From Candidatus Omnitrophota bacterium (lineage in GTDB: Bacteria > Omnitrophota > Gorgyraeia > Zapsychrales > JBDRMG01), in the NCBI GenBank assembly GCA_043812495.1, contig JBDRMG010000020.1, positions 1 through 47,932 of the forward strand: a stretch of 47,932 bases of DNA. Reading direction: 5' to 3'. The notes below the pieces were generated by a model. It was given only the letters and a program-made list of their open reading frames with translations, was not told the DNA's origin and ran no database searches. A program made the position numbers and the translations under genes. This document shows positions 45,601 through 47,932 of this stretch, piece after piece (position 1 is the first letter of the stretch; every line of letters begins with the position of its first letter).

Positions 45601-47930
45601 CCGGGATGCGCATAAACCGCAACTCCGCCAAATCGATGCGCCCAGTCAATCGCTTCCTGAATGGAAATCTCTTCTTTTTCCGGCACAGATCCGTGAATGA
45701 TTTCTCTCTTTCGCCTGTACTGATCGACATCAGAAAAATATACAAGAATGTGCACGTTTTCATTTGTGTGGATCTCAACTGCAGGAATAACGCGGACATA
45801 TTTGTCGCAAGCAAGCTCCAAAACTTCATCGCCCACATTAAACGAATGAACATCAGCCACAGCGATTGTTTTTAGCCCATGCGCGAGCGACTCATCGAGA
45901 ATATCCCTGGCAGGAATGATTTCTATATCCTTATCCGCGGCGTACTCCAAGGCCTCAAGAACACCCTCAAAGGTATGATGATCGCAAATGGCAATGGCTT
46001 TAATATTCTTTTCGATGGCTTCGTCGATAATTTGTTGCGGGGAATACGTCGCGCCTTTGGAATAATGAGAATGGATATGCAGGTCGATTTCATTCATGCC
46101 GTAATCCAAACCGATCAGTTGTTTGTCGGATTTATAAAGGAGACGTGATCCGGCAAGAACGAACAGAGCGCAGAGAACAGCCGCAAGCGGATTGGACCAT
46201 CGCAGCAAAAGTACAGCAAAAATTGTCACCAAAGGCGCTGCGGATAAAAGGGTTGATGCTGTCGATGCCGGGATTGATTCAAGAACCTTGAAATACAGAA
46301 TATAAGCGCACACGGATATAGCCGTATAAATAAAGAACTCTTTTGAGAAATCAACCACGATAAATCCGCCTGAAAAAACCATCATTAATGCGATCCCGGC
46401 AAAGATACCTGTGAAGATTCCGATGCTGGCGGCAAAAAAACCATCCACTCTTCTTGTGATAGCTTTCATCGAAAGAATAGCGCCGGCAGCTAAGATCGTG
46501 GCTGCGCAAAGAAGCATGATTCCCTTGATAGAATCAGTCCCAACCGCAGCATGGTAAAACACATAGATCACAATGCTTCCAGCAACAATCAAGGTCCCAC
46601 TGATCTTTTTCCAAGTAAATTTTTCTGATTTCATCTTGAAAAGAAATATGCCTGTCACCAATACAACAATTGGCTGCAGCTGCACAAAAAGGGCATAGGT
46701 GCTTTCAGAAACCAATCCTAAACTGCTAAGCTGAAGCGGAAAAATAATCCCTTGAATCAACAGACCAATTCCAATGATCCCCAGTAAAATTTTCTTTGGC
46801 ATGGACTTGATAAATTCAAGTGGCTTCCCTCTATAAACCGGCTTAATAAATGGAAATATGGAGAAGAGAGATGGAAGGACTAAAATACCGGCGAGAAGAT
46901 TAATCCAGAAAACAAGCGCATAAACGTCTTGCTTAAGGACGTTCATTTTCCCAAAAATCGGGAACAGGCCGCGCATCAGGATCAGGGCGAACAAAATCGT
47001 CATCCCTTTGTGCTGGCGGTAGAAATGCTTGATTTTACGATATCGGGGTGAGCCGCGGATGCCGTTAGCGAGTTGGCTTACGGTTATTGTGAGGTTCTTT
47101 TGAGCATTTTTATTTGTTATGAGGCCAAATGCCGGTAAGATAACGAATCCAGCCAAATAATTCAAAAGATCCGGCAGCATCTCAATACCCGGTAAAAGAG
47201 AGCAGTAAAATTCTATGGCTGGTGAATCAACCAAATGCACTCTTTGTTGATCATCCACAGATATATGTTTTTGGTTTGCTCTTAATGCAGCGATTCCTTC
47301 TGTGCCAATACCCTGGGCTTCGAGTTCTCTATTAAGAATATCTTCCCGGACAATGAGATTGAGTACTTTTCCTCGAATCCTCTGGTTGTCTAGGATAGCT
47401 CCAATCGTCGCTAAGCTAATATCACCGTAGGACTTAACGATTGAGAAAATGTCATCATCAAGATAAGTTTGGGTGTATAAAGAAAGCACATCATGCAATC
47501 CTCGCTCAACGCACCATCTTAGGATTGGATCCTGATTAACCGCCTCAATGGCCCCTTCGAGATTATCAAGCTTACCTAATGGATAGAACCCGTTGAGTTC
47601 AAAATACTCATCGACATAGAAATTTCCATCTCCGCCTAAGGCAATCTTTTGGGCTCCCTCGACAAGCTGTCTTTCGCCTTCATCAAAACAGGTTCCGATT
47701 TTAGATTGAGCTTTTTGCTCAGATAATGAACCTCCCTGCAGCAAGACTGCAGGGTATCTTTTTTTAGACGAATCTTGAGGTTCATTCTTCGAAGCCGAAT
47801 ACCTAACTCTACTACGCTCAAAAATTTCACTTCGTTTCATGTTTGAGCTTCGTAGAGTTCTACTTTCGCCTTTCCGCCCAAAATCTTTGATTTTGGGCGA
47901 GATCTCGCCCTGCTTTGCAGGGCGGACATC
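33576..47930 (-). CDS. Giant modular membrane-anchored protein, segment 1 (5'-partial, at least 4784 aa)
   Basis: Track ORF 33576..47840 (4754 aa). The frame has no stop upstream of ATG 47840 to the window edge, and that ATG lies inside a repeat, so the true start is probably elsewhere. Ends at TGA 33576-33578. Confidence 0.93.
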   Translation of the reverse strand, partial: DVRPAKQGEISPKIKDFGRKGESRTLRSSNMKRSEIFERSRVRYSASKNEPQDSSKKRYPAVLLQGGSLSEQKAQSKIGTCFDEGERQLVEGAQKIALGGDGNFYVDEYFELNGFYPLGKLDNLEGAIEAVNQDPILRWCVERGLHDVLSLYTQTYLDDDIFSIVKSYGDISLATIGAILDNQRIRGKVLNLIVREDILNRELEAQGIGTEGIAALRANQKHISVDDQQRVHLVDSPAIEFYCSLLPGIEMLPDLLNYLAGFVILPAFGLITNKNAQKNLTITVSQLANGIRGSPRYRKIKHFYRQHKGMTILFALILMRGLFPIFGKMNVLKQDVYALVFWINLLAGILVLPSLFSIFPFIKPVYRGKPLEFIKSMPKKILLGIIGIGLLIQGIIFPLQLSSLGLVSESTYALFVQLQPIVVLVTGIFLFKMKSEKFTWKKISGTLIVAGSIVIYVFYHAAVGTDSIKGIMLLCAATILAAGAILSMKAITRRVDGFFAASIGIFTGIFAGIALMMVFSGGFIVVDFSKEFFIYTAISVCAYILYFKVLESIPASTASTLLSAAPLVTIFAVLLLRWSNPLAAVLCALFVLAGSRLLYKSDKQLIGLDYGMNEIDLHIHSHYSKGATYSPQQIIDEAIEKNIKAIAICDHHTFEGVLEALEYAADKDIEIIPARDILDESLAHGLKTIAVADVHSFNVGDEVLELACDKYVRVIPAVEIHTNENVHILVYFSDVDQYRRKREIIHGSVPEKEEISIQEAIDWAHRFGGVAVYAHPGRFNEPFNEEILVGLFEKGLDGSVSLHCALVPFSIEDLLRLGTSFSRNLSLSLRRAYGDTLGIRMKDVPNYLLYTLSIAAILLLVLIPASSAAGLAFVPVIVGMTKKTDQKNNLTVTIKRKKQQISRVAFVAALKKAKGNKFKAAEILGLSAREVARVIRDGDGDLKEKVKPIYVEQKRCILYWLRIKKGSLRATAKQIGVDKVTLRKWIAELEAEDEQFKEDMNGVYKNLLADLIRTMRKYYGLTEIMGRRSTQNRVGFAFKSLVDIFEERFPTFKRFFELYQGALTDRLKVFVLGGLANGETIASLGRQLGYSQTDGYHTFRWPLGRLLKADSDFASAVKEARSEKGRSSAGVQRAIMTYRVASRYLEALEHILCLSTDGECLKVSNGRNSRNATVDRQFVEDILIQPVKKTMETLNAYQIQLKRFRKKKDAQELLKEVVEKILILDNYQLNLRHSTRVDLKQYDEILKDAQDLADVLPHSLSNFTERDCSDQGVVLACALPLDLFLLVPVFGMIIAGNLRDSNRGLAKRIVEAKARYYYEMIGQGVDLERRNLVAQLASMTSIPNPIIFINDTVNIQVTRSCVTGCTHCQLAYKGKTRNMAWKQRKEMYRKILSSVQSFPEFTAVAIIGGNTLGFAQADVQFLMDEINLPLVLQINADVTKDLRMTLARMAFIGPCVMAKMKNDTDYEFCLSISFDSFHQDKLPISHVANIIEVAVRYMPKLPIQIRSVHEPGFDQRIQELVEELRRRELGPVHKVVETITLKDRQAQDIELPIIDEITFINGLKAGYTITVIRDFVNRVGYAELLGEDQYIRNWGTTEDFLSGIDTAYHWQPEYLYFDEDGNVYFYDILYSNFSMGNIIDEELSDILNRAKDDPITWVLEMKPSILLDLTQEVEPDFKERVKVCPHPYAIMYEILKSPARRLYLTKRLIQILFDERKNRLEGNFLENLGIPHQEEPLRVEYETNIAREREQILSLAGTSREEVVKAGVVLGCFLPDLFLLLPLVGMILDGYQNEDLEVLTKAFREAFERVLKPAVDSLYSSALAALFPLGITLSEKNGIPQKRIYEIAGNKDEFRGIVRSHVCQSIDSIALAVKSYLYNQKKERLAEATYSNIDRFDDSPLNFSGPSRQLIAFINNEICAPLNDLNNLLIICKAGTPDLQIYRLLALIFLINRANFVMQGLNEFESKEPQQLVYGTYGRTTVIQTFSLTKKILQYELGRILESVDGGNFRSQEIAQFRSEKILSGVQDDIPFAVLGPSLEAQIMERIHYQWNRLALGSLTEPIVPEQASPFEFEETLNHYRQHPRYRDFMRYLLARFLQKLEEESDEELETGYQRYGGQRLRDILVCPQKEALMIMLKASSNFDGQSREKILENLPVDPQFVLRALGALGLGVLILFILPLIGLDPQGGWNVTASFALIPLGAMVKKANDNDDQEEGLARYMRKKFVEINRALELVTTLGPLFKNDPDKVGALERLREEYKVLRDELQGLTDEIPFESKRDQTEDVDALRRLLKQLKEKIPKIDQLIVSADKKEDDELLTKLNQQKRELLWLKTRVQLKLSLLFLKKKLFSAALACIDGAYHNMQILINIEYYWMRVRQIKERKIINIDLSDWMHVLLDSVEIEGWTVDVKKNKAVRVALRPWVNRYVRLKTGEVRVYKIQKEIVVEVSSFEKAVRLAIHRYVNQTKEYMTLFDVAAHLKHTIKQLTERDQSISMAIHQEAAQMIERTKEWVERGVSDEARKTALPDLKRAEEYLKSGNYVKTVESLEAAIHKFKDRMDALQRMRAISLSQASDYLNKLRSRMTREEELKVAVELAQRSIKEDRFDWALGILQEIRKKHFSIEARVKDKQNSHIRQVNNRLTTAIVVAKTLKDEDATFKHYKTSLEDTLAIIRKFVSFPMDCDQERQVVQQDIRTVLQITRELIRQDKLDAAISICEEIQENYFPPNRRIANKDMSLVSVRLSFALMTLRRARTEDQPAKEQLIPAFENVISELDKPQSGPETLCILPLFPFLAFVSVLPYILGLFDLTFVSAITIPTHLAHLPALLCCPDGFDIFAQISTAGVLSLDSFLSHLLNFPGPDVFSQVLSISFNVSLVLFGMVARKRQIRSSDVVSSILKNAFGSNSSILQGIASPEKVKREFGNRINLAVKYALVLSLRETQGKDSMVFQSLREELTGAIDEARSKLGDNKTNPSKVQRIRTELEMIVMQDEELGKKSLFTRDERKELKSPKTSKSDDQDKSPIASGSTPDLVGMLRGLDRGQAQLPARTREFPIGVISSVKDIASLRINELVAILTYPGREEEVGHELLRRSESRPYEVSKPLVGALSDPNPECVEAARSLLLEISQSSPYEVSKPLVGALSDPNPERVKAAKSLLLKISQKSPYEVSKPLVKALANRNPTYVEMFILCLREIRAKNPGLYLSKMVEKKFGKTDNLPAQYAIVTGVRKVLEGISEELTEFNILKGKFIQNIQIVLQQIKTGKLNDGQTIEETRAALQGIAKNEKETVHPLLSEDLRGKCENSPSSRGGGSLVFFGFCVVILAGLGLLSIGYSGGFDHSTILTSLGVMKAMPLGLSGVIRTGPKSDRFPGRRRIRELTKKHHGHYADMAVELGVHFTTVYSYVLRYIGDDELSEKRRQFVKRCRQERSGKKPAREVIDLGRLSRSKIEAIYNNPPDTVKKPRLSKGWRQAGYGQMLKKINTLYGGWTEFLASLWTKADIEEQFNHPPKGIQDKRYRVNWVRVGYKDFVLAVKRLYGSWPDFLLSRGIQPMKKGARKTSSRKKTSRKKTKRNAKKRKRPSQLVREINELLAQKPVHLSDLGIHPRNRKILRRAQKREFYEDIGNSLNLSRERIRRILLEIKDAVKSVSTTAAACLVFLAALGLLYLFMTQAGAVSLAHLAGLGVVGIIKKAEEGKKGAKSMVKKDGLLKHYELTKVEVLNRLGDLNWDFNAFRREIGASSYFTHHELLIGLNISNEIKKVFLERFRTSALRIDQLGRSFGYYGIMSGYAFVSQIAQSLGVNLETQRKNIVQERGWLLGALGKTKSDILAELGDGWNLKEFEEKYSKYITNFVPRWDFFHGLAISAELRSKAMEHIQSGRLSLIPLGEAFGFSAKAAESFSVGLVNHFGINLERKAKELMRKSGYLLSMQEESRADFLRRMKEEGVIGNDVFNLYALREEALTIISAPYATHVDNIRGFDLLKTFKAFLRQQYVRRRGNFSILSEDFGIPRKNPNGVLKRLIKAYDPTLLDLNFHDDGQNGYFLCEKHSVTRDKVLALMESAKWNIPLFKSLVTAEGWVNESESYASLITGFDLQDEFNKKFAKRYKKYLGMMNYISPAFGFSLGKDGKLTKMFQTFRKEMNVETEGLEIDRTPGFLLRFLKVSKDKIILMLPVLWDLNAFRNEIYQTYGNQYPFIRKMNFGELIVGFDLLEEFHNAIVEKEEEILRRTSPKVVFYSDLARKFCVSDKEFERIIPIMSETMKKEAIMTSGSRLDERTEDCEASFQARRNSKINIWGTQNVYDDDDRYSASMMGDELGDSEDSYDEDDIEQEEPLEVDEEPLRVSYNSNGVGKKLGINNETMDFILKLLFGAGISEARFKRAAGSIVGLQELSNDIEERLAQWAVIFVARKLTDKLGLRDGNGLMGMRDDLIKNIEFDFEVIEANLTDPGQFSLKRAENTIIKLQSLVMLDHQHKTRCIDDAVRTKINRFQRIYMEEVKQRKDAGTPQANPCAYGVSTESGQMDKWAKGKTQEVVEDITENDRVYKYIPQWAVDALRDYPDVLELLRHKMIRLVKTASRKQTRAPPFPFLWFILATRFLVAVTVKGRGIKPGIYLPIGLISLLIEAGEIDLLKRILVHELAHLNGQQENIEESESLAKEVFAVWINEMNKGTEQEAPIQRLLDPSVSAKEKIPSLRELMRAQRGFDLTGLLFRYADPFLEETILASGIDFSSCRLDLILRCHSDNWQKAYREAKEDMTTDDSYPRKMWDLARIVCERVRQHFAIIGYP
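33950..34330 (-). other. Zincin-like HExxH domain preceded by RAPP
   Basis: RAPP 34185-34196; ILVHELAHL (HELAH 34017-34031) with downstream Glu residues. Confidence 0.6.
38392..38646 (-). repeat. 102-bp (34-aa) HEAT-like tandem repeat, about 2.5 copies
   Basis: aaaggcttgctgacttcata at 38419, 38521 and 38623; PYEVSKPLVGALSDPNPE units. Confidence 0.92.
42720..44040 (-). other. Radical SAM domain with SPASM-like tail
   Basis: CVTGCTHC (CxxxCxxC, 43827-43850), IIGGN, ISFDSFHQ, DGNVY...MGNI. Confidence 0.8.
45396..45480. repeat. Double-hairpin REPIN-like element, copy 1
   Basis: agggacgtctttca...tgtccc..gggacaggctt...tgaaggacgtccct. Confidence 0.8.
45530..46100 (-). other. PHP phosphoesterase domain
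   Basis: IDLHIHSHYS, AICDHHT, IPAVEI..HILVY, YAHP motifs. Confidence 0.85.
46140..47010 (-). other. EamA/DMT-like transporter domain
   Basis: About ten hydrophobic helices in two repeats; LFVQLQPIVVLVTGIFLFK..EKF and ASTLLSAAPLVT motifs. Confidence 0.8.
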
Positions 47931-47932
47931 CC
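47792..47932. repeat. 141-bp terminal direct repeat, right copy
   Basis: Identical to 1..141. Confidence 0.97.

Noticed and set aside
194..47830. The many 60-240 aa ORFs in the track other than the IS ORFs and hicB
   Set aside because: They are antisense or off-frame shadows of the giant gene with no recognisable motifs.
1..47932. Phage or plasmid (from the terminal repeat), CRISPR array, rRNA or tRNA
   Set aside because: No virion, terminase, Rep or integrase genes, no repeat-spacer array and no RNA-gene signature recognised.

Overview
Almost the whole window is one giant minus-strand modular gene, read in two overlapping frames. Segment 1 (33576..47930) is the 4754-aa ORF of the track, but it is open to the right edge. 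Segment 2 (2..33664, 11,221 codons) is missing from the track because it has no stop before the left edge. The segments overlap by 89 nt and differ by one +1 frameshift, giving about 16,000 codons in total. The product is a string of unrelated domains: EamA, PHP, radical SAM, HEAT/TPR repeats, many HTHs, an HExxH peptidase, three kinase folds, three methyltransferases including a CheR type, M50-like and LspA-like peptidases, a P-loop NTPase, HAD and HutG/arginase. Most are separated by hydrophobic linkers, many ending in G-M-[VI]. This resembles giant proteins described from Omnitrophota (taxon is my inference). Two foreign cassettes sit on the opposite strand inside the open frame without interrupting it: an IS630 transposase pair, and a hicB-hicA operon with its own promoter and a nonsense-inactivated toxin. 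Several REP-like palindromes are also translated in frame. The first and last 141 bp are identical, lie in a multi-hairpin element, and join the two segments in frame. I read the segment-2 frame by eye across 1-180, the IS, hicBA, 32.8-33.7 kb and many domains; the rest is inferred from the track listing no minus-strand ORF in that frame. Domain calls are by motif recognition only and their boundaries are approximate.
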